DNA of 64,000 nt, taken from contig OZ025654.1 of NCBI GenBank assembly GCA_964019335.1, positions 1 to 64,000 of the forward strand, read 5' to 3'. The notes beneath the pieces were generated by a model. That model was not told the DNA's origin. It worked only from the letters and a program-made list of their open reading frames with translations, and did not search any database. This DNA comes from Diplonema japonicum (taxonomy: Eukaryota > Protista > Euglenozoa: Diplonemea). Positions 34,001 to 46,125 of the stretch are shown here, one piece after another. How positions within the stretch are numbered: the stretch's first letter is position 1; every line of letters begins with the position of its first letter. The position numbers were made by a program, and so were the translations under genes.

Positions 34001-37000
34001 GGCATATACCACCACACGTTGCGTACAAACTGATGACCTGCCCAGGGTGAGCCGCAGAGCTGCGTACTGCACCGTGCCAGGTGACTTGATGTTCTGCCAC
34101 TGCAACCATACTCTCATGGGGTTAGAATACTCACCGAACCCGCCAGCACTCTTGCAAGAGGCCAACGTCCCATTCTCATTCACGAACAAGCACTCAGCGC
34201 TGGGATACAAGCCAGCACCGCCTGTTGTGCAGAAACCTTCGTCACACTCGCTGTTCGAATGGTCCCAATACCCGACGCCTGGCTGGGCGAAGCACTCTGT
34301 GCATACAGAAGGGTCGTCGCCACATACACCCCTACCGCCACAGCATTGCATGTTGCAGCTGCTGCCAGTGAAACCCTTGTTGCACACACACACAGCTGAA
34401 CCATCACTCTGCAGCACACACTGCCCCCTCCCGGAGCACGCATGAGCAGTCGCGTCCTTATCTAATCTACCCTGAAGGTCTTGCCCAGGGCACGTCAAGA
34501 AGGATAAGTACATATCAGCATCGCCTTCGAGGGACGTCAGCTCTACCGAGAAAGGAGTCTCGGGCTGCACACTGAATACATGGAATGCATTCCCACCCAT
34601 CGCCAGTTGCCCTCCGTCTTTTCCAGACTGCTCAGGACCTTCCCAAACGTTGCAGCTGCTGCCGATGTACCCTGTCTTGCAAAACGAACAATTTGAGTTC
34701 AGCCGCTGGTCCCAAAACCCGTCGATGAAGTTCTCATGGCAGTCACATTTCGTGTCAACAAGGTTGTAGCTTGTGAATGGCACTGTTGTGTGCGTTGTGC
34801 ATGTTGCATCGCCAGCGCAGCATAGTCCATGGTTATTACAGCAAGGCTGGACGATTCGAATCTTGAAGTCGATCTCAGACTGAGAGACTGTCTCTACGTG
34901 CAGCTGTACCCACTCCTTGTTTGCATTGATGGGGACACTGCAACTGGGCGGGATGCACACCATCTGGCACTCCCAGTGGCTCCCAGAAGCACAGTCAGGT
35001 GTCACAACCTGTACCATGCTGGAGAAGACCTCGAGCAAAGACTTTGCATGAATGAACTTGAATCTGTATAGCCCAGCTGCAGTGACACCTAACGAAAATG
35101 TGAATTCCACAGCATCTTCCGTGACGACCACCACGGCGTCGCCTACAAGGCGGGTTATCGTGTCGTCCACGCATGAGTCCGCCGTGCATCTCTGCAAAAC
35201 AGTGTAGACTTTGTCATTGTTCAAGACCACCCGCCGCCCTGTCCTATCCCGCACAGTCACTGTGTAGGAAAGGGCATCCGTGCTCCACGTATTGACTACT
35301 GCTGCACTCCATTCGCTTTCCAACCGCAAGGCGTGCGGCATCCCTAAGTCGAACACATTTGAGATAGGAACAGTCCTTCCATCGTAGTGCATTAGATACT
35401 CAGAGAATAGCACTGTAGGGAATTCGGTCGAAGCCGCTCCTGCCACGACAGGCATTGGGGCTCCTTCAAATAGTGCAGAGAGATTTGATGTGGTGATCAC
35501 GGAGTTTAGGAGGAGCGACATGTCACCAGTAGCTGTAGGGTGCAGCGTGCTTAGTGCCGTTAGAATGCTCGCCCCACAGACGCAGTCCGTTGTGCCACCG
35601 CAGCAGTAATAGCTAATGTTGCTCCATAACCTTGCCTCAGTTCCCTGTATCAATATAAGCTTGTCATCTATTGTAAGCATAGCGTCCCAACTAGCTTCCC
35701 TATCTAGACAACCATTTGTTGGGCTTGAGGCACACGCGTCACCGTAGCCGGGATGCAGGGCATTGACAGGCTCCCTTCCTGTTGCAGAATGCATGCCTAG
35801 CATGTTGGTGATATTAGTCGTCGCAGAGCTCTCGAATGTCATCCTACCTTGCAGGTCTGTGCCAGTGCATATACTGTCGCCTTTTGCGAGCATCAACCAG
35901 CTTCTCCCCTCTACGGTCACATACGTTGCAGCGTCGTAGTCTCTATCATAGAAGGTGCCGAACGCACCCTCGCAGGCGCTTATCCGATAGCTGCTGTAGT
36001 ACGCTTGTACTTCCACCGTACAGATCTTCGTGAAGTTACCATCGGTGTATTGGAACAGGCTCACCATCTCCGATAAAAACAGATGCAGGACAGTGGCACC
36101 TGCTACTCCTACACATGCCGAAGGCAGCACCACAGGAGCTGCTCCATAGTATGCAGCATCGATGACACCTATGCTGGGTGCTGTGGTGAGATTAACACTC
36201 TCACCCGTAGTGAATGTATCACGCACTAGCACAGTCACGAGCTGTATCGCTGACGTGTTGCTGATTGTAATGTTAACCTCTGATGGTCCAATGACCTTCC
36301 ATGGTGGTGAAGTAAAGGCAGGGACGTCCTTAGTCAGCGTTGTTGTGAATGAGTACACGACTGCAGTGAAAGATTGATTGCAGTACGCTCCGTACATATG
36401 CAGATCGGGGTCGCAGGTATTGCAAGTCTTGCCAGACCATCCGCCGACACACAGGCACCCGTCCGTGACCGGGTCATAAACACCCTGCGCGATCCCGCCT
36501 TCACTCACAGTGCACGCAAGGGAGCACGGGCTACCAATGTCAGGTCCAGGACGAGGGAACCTGCCAACATTGCATTCCGAACATGTGAGCTCACCGTTCT
36601 GCATGACACCATGGTTGGCACTACATTCACATTTCATGGAAGGGACAGCAGGGTTGTTTCCAATACCAGGGGTCCACGGTATGGCCAGAACGCACCTCCC
36701 GTACACAATGCCGTCCTGTGCAGGTGCCACGCATCTTGTAAAGCACTTCTTCCGTGGGTAGCACACTTCTATCTTTACTGTGCTACTCAGCACCCCAGAC
36801 TCCAGCACAACAGAGAAAGGCCCGCAAGCCGGAAGCACTACCACTTCAGCGGCAGTGCTATGCTTGTATAGAGATCTGAAATGGTACTGAGTGACAGAAG
36901 TGTCCGCCTGCGGGTCCATGTTAGGCACGCCACCTACCATTATGCCTACCCTAGCGCTTCCCAGAAGGACCTGCTTGCTTACACGGATTGTTGTGGGCAA

Positions 37001-40000
37001 GGTGCCTTCACCTAAGGCGGAATACGATGAGAAGTCCATTCGGCGGCTTTCTAATGGTCCGAGGTTAAAAGATACCTCTTCGCAGTAGTCTGCCTTTGCT
37101 TCCCTGTTGTCATAGTCACCGGTGCACGGCAGTTGTGCGCATGGGTTGCATGTGGTGTATTCACCCGAGTCATAGAGGTTCACGGCAAGGAGGCAGCTTT
37201 CGTCGGACAGCAGTCTGTTACACATCTCATCGGGAACAGTGTCGCCAGCTGAACGAAGCAAAACGTACTCAATCGCGACCGCTTTAAAGCCACCTATGAA
37301 CTGCCCTACGTAGTCAGCAAGGACAGCATCGAACACATCCTTTGCTAAGGATGCGGGGAGTGAATCAAGCTCGAAGCGTACCTCGCCTAACATGAACCCG
37401 CTGCCTCCTTCTAAGCTGCTTGCCGCCCTACGCAAACCTGTGGTGTCCAGCAGCTGAAGGTTAGAAACTTCCTCACGAGACGAGCATTGAGTCAGGGGGG
37501 AGTTCAAGCCCTCCCTCCAGCACAGTCTGTGTACAGTGAACGCTTGTGTCACAATCGACTGAAGGCCAAGACCGGCAAACAACCGTCTCAGCCCGTCGAC
37601 AAAAAAGTTCAATGCCCTCACGCCGTTGGCCGTTGGCGACAAAAGCATAGCGCCGTACTCCGCCTGCTGCAATTCAAAACGAATGCCCACAACAAGGTCC
37701 ACCTGAACATCCGTCTTCTTCCTGCACAAGCAGGGCGTTGTTCTGGAGCACTTATTATGTGGGTCACGTGATGCTTCACACGATGTGCTAAGGGCGCTCC
37801 AAATGCAACCAACAACACTTAAGCATTCCACCTCGCTAGCCAAACCAGGGCATTGGTCCTCTCGTGTAAGCCATAAGCTTTGTGACCCGACCTCTGCGGA
37901 ACACCCGCCTCCCCACCTCGCTGCTCCGGTGTACGGCATGCTGTCAACGCCTTCCTGTGCAATGGGATACCCCCCATAGCCGCTTAGCTTCCCGCTGCTC
38001 AAAGACATCCCGAGAAGGTTGCACGCTGCCGCTCTGCACATCTCCTCGCTTGTGACGTCTTCGATAAAGTAATGAGGGATGTCGCTGAAAGCATTCACAG
38101 GTAACTTACCTACAGCATAAACCGGACTGTTAACTGTAGACCCACAGGAACCACTCTCCTGCAGCAGATACACCTCGCTGCTGGCAGGACATGCCTCTGC
38201 CGCCGCCGAACGGGGACCTCGGTCGCGTTTGCAAAGGCAGCGTATCCCCGTTGCAGCACTACGCACACAATCCATAGCTGAAGAGATGGTGAGCCATGAG
38301 GCTGAGAAAACACAGTCGTCACTCGTTCCACAAAAAGCAGAACAGCCAGCAGGAGATGCTGTACTGCTTGGGAAACCACTGGCAATCCACTCAGCGTTGG
38401 CAGCCTGGCATAATGCACGTGAACAGTCCGAAGGGTTACGAATAGTGGAGTGACCAGCTTGCTCGCACGTCTTCCGGTCGGTTATGAAGACGTAGTCGTA
38501 TCGTTGGCCACCTTCCTCATATAAGGGTTGGAGTCCTTTAGCACTCTTTGCTTCATCTGAGCATCTGGAGTAGTAATCAGCTGGACTACAGTCTGACCTA
38601 CACCTTGAGCTCTCGAGAACACACTCGTCGTTCACAACAAGACAGTCAGAGGTCAGCACAGTCACGTTTGATCCGTCGACAGTGTGCGTGCACCCAGCGC
38701 AGTTGTCAGCAGTGCTGCACAACCCTTTGAAGTAGCTAAAGCACACAATGCCTTCAACACCGTCAGCATGCGACGGGTCAGGACTCCCGGCATCACGCAA
38801 CTCAAATGTCAGATCCTGTCCTGCAGGCACACTGCTTGCGGTAGTCAATACCCTGCACACACCGCCGCTATGTTCTACACCTACAATACCACACATTTGT
38901 TTCCCCAGTGACATCACTTCCGCTCTGCATTCAGCTTCATCAGCGACAGCCAACACGAAGGCGCTGAACAGCCTTTCTTGAGAATCACGACAAGAGCCAT
39001 ATCCGACAAACGACCCCACTTGCACCATGCCGTCGAAGAGGGCTTCCGGAGGCGGCTCGGGGGTAGGGGGAGGGGGAACAGGGATCCGGCACCGCCCGTT
39101 CTCGCTGGAGCACTCCCCTAGTATCACGTCGACACCGTTGGAACATGAACACTGATCGTTGTTCTTGAAGGGCCCCGCCCACAGGGACTCGTCACCTGTC
39201 ACAGTGACGCATGTCCCATCGTCTAAAGGGGCGTAGTTGCACCACCCGCGGCGGGCAAGCGTTATGCACCGCACGTTCTCAGCATCACACACGGGCCGGT
39301 TATCGTCCGTTTCGGAGGGACAAGTACAGCCGCAGGTGAATATTCCGTCCAGTGGACCATCATCATTGCACGCGGAGTCGCCACACTCAAGCGAGCGGAA
39401 CGCACAGTCATTAGGGCAACTGTTGCACAGCACAGGACAGAGATCTGACACAAAACTGCCAATGGGAAAGGGATGCCAGTCAGCTGCCAGCTCCAGCTCC
39501 AGAAGTGAGATGTCTAGGTCTCTCCCGCAATGCACACTTAGTGCAGCAGTGCATCTGTAGTCGTTTTCACACACATAGTCCACGCACGGGGGAAGTGGGC
39601 ACTCAATGGTAGCGGGGTGTGCCCCTCTCGAGGTACATGTCAAGCCATATGATCCTACCACGGGGTGCCCAGGGTCGCAAGGTGTTGCACACATGTGGCC
39701 AGCGGCAGTGCACTCCGCATGGCAGACAAAGAACGCAGGCGATGTTAACGTAAAGGGATCAGGGATGGGCCCCAGACACATGTCGAGTGTTGTGGCTCTG
39801 GTGCGTGCACAGCACTGTTCAGGCACTCCTGCCACGAAGACGCTGCAGTCGGGGCTAAACGGATCAATATTGCATGTTGCATATCCACTGTTCTGCAGCC
39901 GCAACCACAGCAAAGGACGCATTTTAAAAACACCCGCAACCACACCATCTCCTGCACACCAAGAATCGCAACTGTCTTCACACACAGAGTCATGGTAGTT

Positions 40001-42502
40001 ATAAGCTACTGAGCTAAAAGGGGTTGTAGTACTGTTCATCATCAAGTCAGGGCGTGTCCCCGTTCCTTGCATGCATATCTCTACGACTAAGCTGGAGGTT
40101 CCGTCCCAACGGACCCCCGGTCCCAGTAGCTCAAGCGTCGTCCACCCATTGAATGTATGCTGAGCACTCCTTCCAACTGACCTCCACACCGGCACTACAG
40201 GACCGGCTAGCTCCCTCGCGCTGCTCCATCCAATCTTCACATGAAAACTGTCTAAAGTACCAGCATACGACTCTATTCCAATAGCTGTGATCTCCTCCCG
40301 CGCCTTCATGCCAGCCCTGTACAGCTCGTCACTGCGGTACAAGAACTGTAGCATCACGTCTTCATAGTGGGTCGCCATTGAAGAAAACTCAGTGGTGCCG
40401 TTACTGCCTTGCACGACCACCTCCCGTTTGCTGCGGGGGGGTGGGCAGTAGTGCCCCTTTGCCCTGCATTCTTTGGGACACAGCGCATACATGAAATCTG
40501 TTATCGCGAAGCTAGTGGGATTCATGCAGTCACTCAGCGTGCTGTTGCAGCACATGGCACCAACTGCCTCGACAAAGTGGCTGCATGTGGGCAAGGTGGA
40601 TAAGGCACCCCTCCAGTTGCATTGTTCGTACTCCACGATGTGCTCAGTTTCAGTAACTGACTGGGTGCGTGTATCAAGCGTATAGCTCTCAGTGGCACTC
40701 AGGGTCCCTGACGTGCTTGCGGTTGTAGTTGGGAGCGACACTGTCTCCGTCAGACTCAGAGTAGGCGTGGGGCTCACTGTTCCTGTCTTTAAGGAGACTG
40801 TCACTGATTCACTTTCAGTTGCTGTAGGAAGTGAGATCGTAAGAGAAGTTGTGGCAGTCATTGTTGGCAAAGAAGCTGACAACGTTTCAGTGCCAGTCGG
40901 CAACGATGCAGTGTAAGTTTCTGAAATTGTAGGAACGGTGACACTACGCGTCGTTGTTTTGGTCGGGAGCGTCAATGTAGCCGAAGCTGTGTACGTAGGC
41001 AGGGTGGCCGTCTCGGAGTCGGTCACTGTAGGAAGTGTAAAGGTATCTGTCCCTGTTGATGAAGGCAGTGTGAGTGTCACTGTCAGTGTGGCAGATGGCA
41101 GCGTAACAGTGACCGTTTCTGTCTTCGTAGGTAACGTGATGGTTTCTGTAAGCGTCGCTGTGGGCAGGGTAAAAGTGTCTGTTACGGTCACCGTGGGTAG
41201 GGTCAGGGAATAGGTACTTGTCTCAGAAGCCGTAGGTAAACTCAGGGAAAACGTTCCTGTCACGGTTTCCGTGGGCAGCGTCAGGGAAAAGGTATCTGTC
41301 TCGGTCACTGTAGGTAAGGTCAGGGAAAAAGTCTCTGTCACAGTGGCTGTGGGTAGGGTCAGGGAAACGGTGTCTGTCACGGTCACCGTAGGTAGGGTCA
41401 GGGAAAAAGTGACTGTCATCGTAAATGTCTCCGTCACGGTGCTTGTGGGAAGAGTCAGGGAAAATGTATCTGTCACGGTTGCTGTGGGTAAGGAAAATGT
41501 GTTTGTCACAGTAGTTGAGAACGTGCTTGTCTCAGAAGCCGTGAGCAAACTCAGGGAATACGTCCCTGTCACAGTTTTTGTGGGAAGAGTCAAGGAAAAC
41601 GTGCTTGTCTCAGAAGCCGTAGGTAGAGTCAGGGAATACGTTTCTGTCACAGTTTCTGTGGGAAGGGTCAAGGAAAACGTGCTTGTCTCAGGAGCTGTAA
41701 AAGAAACCGTTACAGTCACGGTACGTGTCGATGAAGCGGTGGGTAACAAAAGAGTTCCAGTCAGAGAGAACGTAGGAGAAATAGAGCTGCTCTCAGTCTC
41801 AGTAACCTGCGTGAGGCCAAAGACCTCGCTGTCAATGAGGACCCTGTTGTAGATCCGCACCTCGTCGATGGACCCCTTCCAATAGGCCTTCTCATATGGG
41901 TAGTATCCTATACTTACACCGTTGTCGAGGGAGGCGCGTGTGATGGTGCCTGTTGTGAAGCTGCTGAGAAGTACACCGTCTTTGTAGAAACGGGCAGTTC
42001 TGGTATGACTGTCCCAAGATCCAGCGATGTGAGTCCAGTTCGTGGTGGCGTGAGCACCGGTGTCAGAGGCTCCCTGCCAACCGCTGCTGCCTTCGGCGTA
42101 GGCAACTGTGAACTGCAGCGTTCTACTGCCGTCCACCCGGAGGGAGGTGGAGTACCCCCATGGATAATGCGTTACGTCTGTCGACAGTCCGATGATGGCA
42201 GGGGTCCACGACCCTGAATACTCATATGTCACCCAAGCAGCGAAGGTCATTGAAGTCAACCCAAGTGACGACGAGCTGGCCACCTGGATCATGGTGTTCA
42301 CACCATTGAATTTGTACGCATTTTCCGCATTCCCAAACCTATCCGCCGCCAGTGTTGCTCCTGACACAACTCCATTGTTGCCGTTCCCTGACTGGTCGGT
42401 GGCGTCGCCGTTGAAGGGGAAGTACAAAACCAGCCCGTCATCCAATGCTCCTATCACGCACTCCGCAAGGGACAGAAAGATTAGGCCGCCATTGGTTAGC
42501 AT
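19025..42502 (-). CDS. Giant multi-domain surface receptor, about 7,775 aa after splicing: signal peptide, LamG-like domain, Thr-rich stalk, EGF/laminin-EGF repeats, IPT/TIG-like domains, multi-TM C-terminus with B-box and EF-hand
   Basis: Exons 42502-22361, 22321-22247, 22207-22127, 22093-21482 and 21442-19025 join in frame (NHLH|VTSLLG...TEGV|ASPST...SVML|APVIL...KFM|DYLRF). C-terminus has LGFLYSGY...YYWEMV...RK, B-box CSLC...CP.H...YCETCD..LH and EF-hand DRDGDGAVSMEE. Confidence 0.85.
21443..21481 (-). other. Cis-intron 4 (39 nt, GTATG...CAG)
   Basis: GTATGTTAACAACGGCGCTATAAGTCACAATGCATGCAG; joins ORF 21473..22072 to ORF 19025..21448. Confidence 0.85.
22094..22126 (-). other. Cis-intron 3 (33 nt, GTATG...CAG)
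   Basis: GTATGATCTCACATTACACGACACACCACGCAG. Confidence 0.8.
22208..22246 (-). other. Cis-intron 2 (39 nt, GTATG...CAG)
   Basis: GTATGAAAAGTAAAGTAGGAATTACAAGATACCTAACAG. Confidence 0.85.
22322..22360 (-). other. Cis-intron 1 (39 nt, GTATG...TAG)
   Basis: GTATGCATTCATTGCGTTCTTTCTTCGTATTTCTTTTAG; removal restores the reading frame. Confidence 0.85.
40690..41810 (-). repeat. Coding minisatellite encoding a Thr/Ser-rich mucin-like stalk (TFSLTLPTxTxTxT, ~14 aa / 42 nt)
   Basis: Recurring agggtcagggaaaa/gtcacggt units; TLPT repeats in the translation. Confidence 0.9.
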
Positions 42503-43213
42503 GGCATGAAGCCTGCACCCCCCAACCTTGATGCAGGTTGGTGAATTGAAAAAGATTAAATTAGACAGACAGACGATAATACAAAAAAACTAGTTTTCGC
42601 TTTCATTTGTTTGTGCGCACGAGAGGAAGTTTACTTAATAAAATATCTCATCACGCTCTACTAGTTTTCTCGTCTCAACAAGTATATTGTTAAAACAAAA
42701 AAGAAAAAAAAGGGGGGGGGAACAAAGGTTTGCACCTTTTTTGCGTTATTGCGCTCACCTACTAGCGCCGTGGGGGGTTCACAAAAAAGAGCAGGCTTTT
42801 GCAAAGTCGGTATCCCGTAGAAGGTTAAAGCCGAACAAAGCCAACAAGAAAGCCACTGTGTTAAGTGAGCATCGATCGAGATACAAAGAAAAAAGGGAGG
42901 TGGGAGAAAAGGGGAATAGAAAGGAGATGAAAAAAAATAATCCAAAGAAACTGATCTTCAAGAAATTGTAGGACCCCCAGCCCTTTTCTTTCCTTCCTCG
43001 TTATTCCCATTTTCGCTAGGATCATCCCGTGAAAGAAAAACACGGCAGGAGAAAGGGGAGGGGAGTTTACAATAAAGCTTTTATTTTCATCCCCCCTCGA
43101 AGGGAGAAAGAAAAATGACAAAATGACAATTGAAGCAACTGCTGATAAAGTGAAAGGATCATAGAAGAGACAAAAGAAAAGAAAGAGTGAGAATAGCAAA
43201 CAATATATGGCCA

Positions 43214-44014
43214 GGCCAATTGACACTTTCAATATTAATTCTCTAAGTACTTTTTTCCAAAGAAAAAAACGGCCTAGGTTAGGAAAAAAAACACCCCAGA
43301 AAATTGGAAAGTGAGTGTTACTAGTACCCAAAAAATTCAGTTCCAGGGGCAAAAATGGGTTTTTTCGCTTTGCACAAATTCAGTAAAAGAGGGGGTGACA
43401 AAATGGATGCTTTTAAATTTGCAGTTGAGAATGCAGTTGAGACTAGAGGTAAAAAAAAATAGTATTCGGACCGAGAAAGGGTAAATGAGAACACCTCGGC
43501 GATCAGGACTCGCCACAGAGATTTTTGAGAAGCTCAGTGGCAACGACTGTCCTAATTTGTGACGTAGTGTGTAAAGGGGAACTTTTAGCGGCACTTCTGC
43601 TATCATTTTCTACTCGACACCCCCCATGACAAGCCCAAAGCACCAAGTACACCTACGAATGAGCCTCTTAAAACCCCCCCAAAATGCTGTAGAAGGCCTA
43701 ATAGTATGAAAAAGAAACGAGGTCGCCCCCTCAGCAGCACATCTCAGCCGCAGAAGACTAGGAAATGAAGGTTTCCACTTCCAACATCATTTCAGCCACC
43801 TTCTAGTAGTGAGTTCCGCTATTTCTTGCTATTGAAAGCATACTCTCTGACTAAAACCCGATTTTGACCCTAAAACTGAATTTCTCATAGGTCAAAATAG
43901 CACTCTTGAGCGATTTCTGACCCGGGTTCTTTCCTAATATGGGCCGGGAAATATGGAGAATTTTTTTTAAAGGGGGTGGCGTGCCCAAAGATGCAACGAA
44001 AGTGTCAATTGGCC
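43214..44014. mobile_element. ~800-bp non-autonomous DNA transposon (MITE), possibly PIF/Harbinger-like
   Basis: Perfect inverted repeat GGCCAATTGACACTTTC (43214-43230) / GAAAGTGTCAATTGGCC (43998-44014). Flanks CCA/TCA resemble a 3-bp TSD with one mismatch. No credible ORF inside. Confidence 0.7.
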
Positions 44015-44246
44015 TCATTTTTTGGGGGGGGGGTTTTTTGAAATCGACCCATATTCATAGTCAAGTCCTTTGATCTTTCTTTTCGCTGCATTGTGCGAAA
44101 TTAGAAAGGAAAAAAGGCTTGAGGGGTGTTCTGGTTGCGGATCAGCGTCTTACGTAGACGGTTGATGAGGTCTCTCTTCAGTCTTCAGCTCCTCTAGTGA
44201 GGCGGCCCAGAAAAAGATATAATTTACAACGTAAGGGTTTCGTTTT

Positions 44247-46037
44247 CTAAAGAGCGGGGTATCTCCTGTTCGGGGCGGAGTTCTTCCCGTCGTTGGACAG
44301 TGTGAGCACAACAGCAAACCACACAATGTTCATCACGATGAAGATGGTGGGGGTGACGATCCTGTACCTGGACTCAAACCAGTCAAGGCTCTTCATCGTA
44401 ATGCCATAGCAGCAGATCTTTGTAGCACGCACTCCGTACGTCTGCAGGATGCCAAGCTTGCGAATCTCCTCAGCAAACTGAAGATAGGTCAACTCAACGT
44501 CAGATCCCATTTCCTTGTCAGACAGGGTTTGCACAATGGAGTCAGCCAACACCTCAGGGAAGCCCATGTATTCTAGAACCGCGTGCAAGTTCTTAATTGT
44601 GATCTTGTGGTCATCGTCATCATCACAGTCGTCTCTCTCCTTGCAGAGCAGCTCGTAGCATTCCTTCAAGTATGCATGCTGCTCTACCGTCAGCTCCTGG
44701 TGAATATGGACCGCCTTGCCCCCCTCCTCGTCCACTGGTTCGTTGTTCTCCTTCCTCAGCTTCCCCAAATGGTGGTCCATCCTCAGCTTCCTCAGCTTGT
44801 CCCTCGTCTGAAGCTTCACCATCAGGAAGTTAATCACACCGTACTCCACTACGTTCATCACGACATACACCAAACAGAGAATCAGGTACACGTCCATCGC
44901 AGTAACATACCCAACAACAGGGATGTCCGCCTTCAAACCGTTCATCTGGGAGATGAGCACGAGAACAGTCGTGATGCCCATACCCACACGTGCGGGGGAG
45001 GACGCAACATCGATAAAACACGACCCGAGAGACAGAAGACAGATCAGCCACAGCGGGAGGAAAATGTTCAGGAAATACGTGGCGGGTTCCCTCACGAAGG
45101 TGAACTCCCACCTCACTCCGGAGTAGACGACCCCACGATAGGTCTTGTTACCCTGCACGGCTATCGGGTTGTCAAGGGTGTACGCGTTGAGGGTATTGAC
45201 GGAACAAGAGGAGCACGCCGAGGGGTTACTGTCGAGAGAAATGGCCTCGTAGGAAGTCCTGTTGACGACAAAGCGGAGCTCAGAGTCGGGGTACGAATAG
45301 CTCTCAATGTCTGTGATGCACTCCTGGTAGTCGAAGGGGTAGTACAGCATGTTCATGTCGCAGAAGGACGTGATCTGCAGCAGCCTTGACCACACAATGT
45401 TCCCGTCGTACTGCACAGTGAACGACTCGTCGGAGTCAGGGTTCTCGATTTCGGTAGCTGTTGAGAAGAACGCGTCAGAAGTCCACATGAACACCTCTGC
45501 CTTGGCAGTGGATGTGATGGTGAGGTTGAGGTGCTTCTGCCCACCGAAGTCATCAATGTTCCATGCGAGACGCTCATCTGTCCACTCCTGTCTGAAGTAC
45601 ACGGAGTAAGCATAGGTCTGTGCCTTAGTGTCGATGCTGTTGAACTTCAGAATGGTGGACGATAGGGTTACCTCCATGTCTCCCTGCTTGGGGGCAATAG
45701 CTTTGTTGTACGGCTTGGCACGCTTCACGCGGAAGATTCTTCCCGCATTCGGTCCACATGCCGGCAGAGACGGCGTGAAGGAGATTGTGCACACACCGTC
45801 GGTGACCATGAAGTAGCCGGCCTTCCTTGTCTTCGCCTCGTCCAGGCACTCTATCAGAGTGTACCCGTCATCGTCAGTTAGAATCTCGTGAATTGGCGAG
45901 AAGCACCCTGTCCCGTTGAATGCGACATCCCCCCTCGTGATGAAGCTTGTGATGTCGGACGTGAAGGCCTGGATGGACACAGCACAGGTATGCGCAGCCA
46001 GGCAGGACACAATGAATATCAGTTTAAAACTGCCCAT
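44247..46037 (-). CDS. Pentameric ligand-gated ion channel (Cys-loop), predicted anion-selective, paralogue 1
   Basis: Signal peptide; YFRQEWTDERL, Cys-loop CDMNMLYYPFDYQEC, ESY, F.REP, M2 SPARVGMGITTVL, P.V.Y.TAMD, four TMs. Confidence 0.93.
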   Translation of the reverse strand: MGSFKLIFIVSCLAAHTCAVSIQAFTSDITSFITRGDVAFNGTGCFSPIHEILTDDDGYTLIECLDEAKTRKAGYFMVTDGVCTISFTPSLPACGPNAGRIFRVKRAKPYNKAIAPKQGDMEVTLSSTILKFNSIDTKAQTYAYSVYFRQEWTDERLAWNIDDFGGQKHLNLTITSTAKAEVFMWTSDAFFSTATEIENPDSDESFTVQYDGNIVWSRLLQITSFCDMNMLYYPFDYQECITDIESYSYPDSELRFVVNRTSYEAISLDSNPSACSSCSVNTLNAYTLDNPIAVQGNKTYRGVVYSGVRWEFTFVREPATYFLNIFLPLWLICLLSLGSCFIDVASSPARVGMGITTVLVLISQMNGLKADIPVVGYVTAMDVYLILCLVYVVMNVVEYGVINFLMVKLQTRDKLRKLRMDHHLGKLRKENNEPVDEEGGKAVHIHQELTVEQHAYLKECYELLCKERDDCDDDDDHKITIKNLHAVLEYMGFPEVLADSIVQTLSDKEMGSDVELTYLQFAEEIRKLGILQTYGVRATKICCYGITMKSLDWFESRYRIVTPTIFIVMNIVWFAVVLTLSNDGKNSAPNRRYPAL

Positions 46038-46125
46038 TTCTTTTTTTCTCTTTTTTATTCGTCTTATTGGGGTGCATTACTATGAACAGAAAGAAAAGAA
46101 AAGAACAAAGAAAGGGAAGGAATAG

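Noticed and set aside
40690-41810. CRISPR-like periodicity
   Set aside because: Degenerate coding repeat without unique spacers, in a eukaryotic context with no cas genes.
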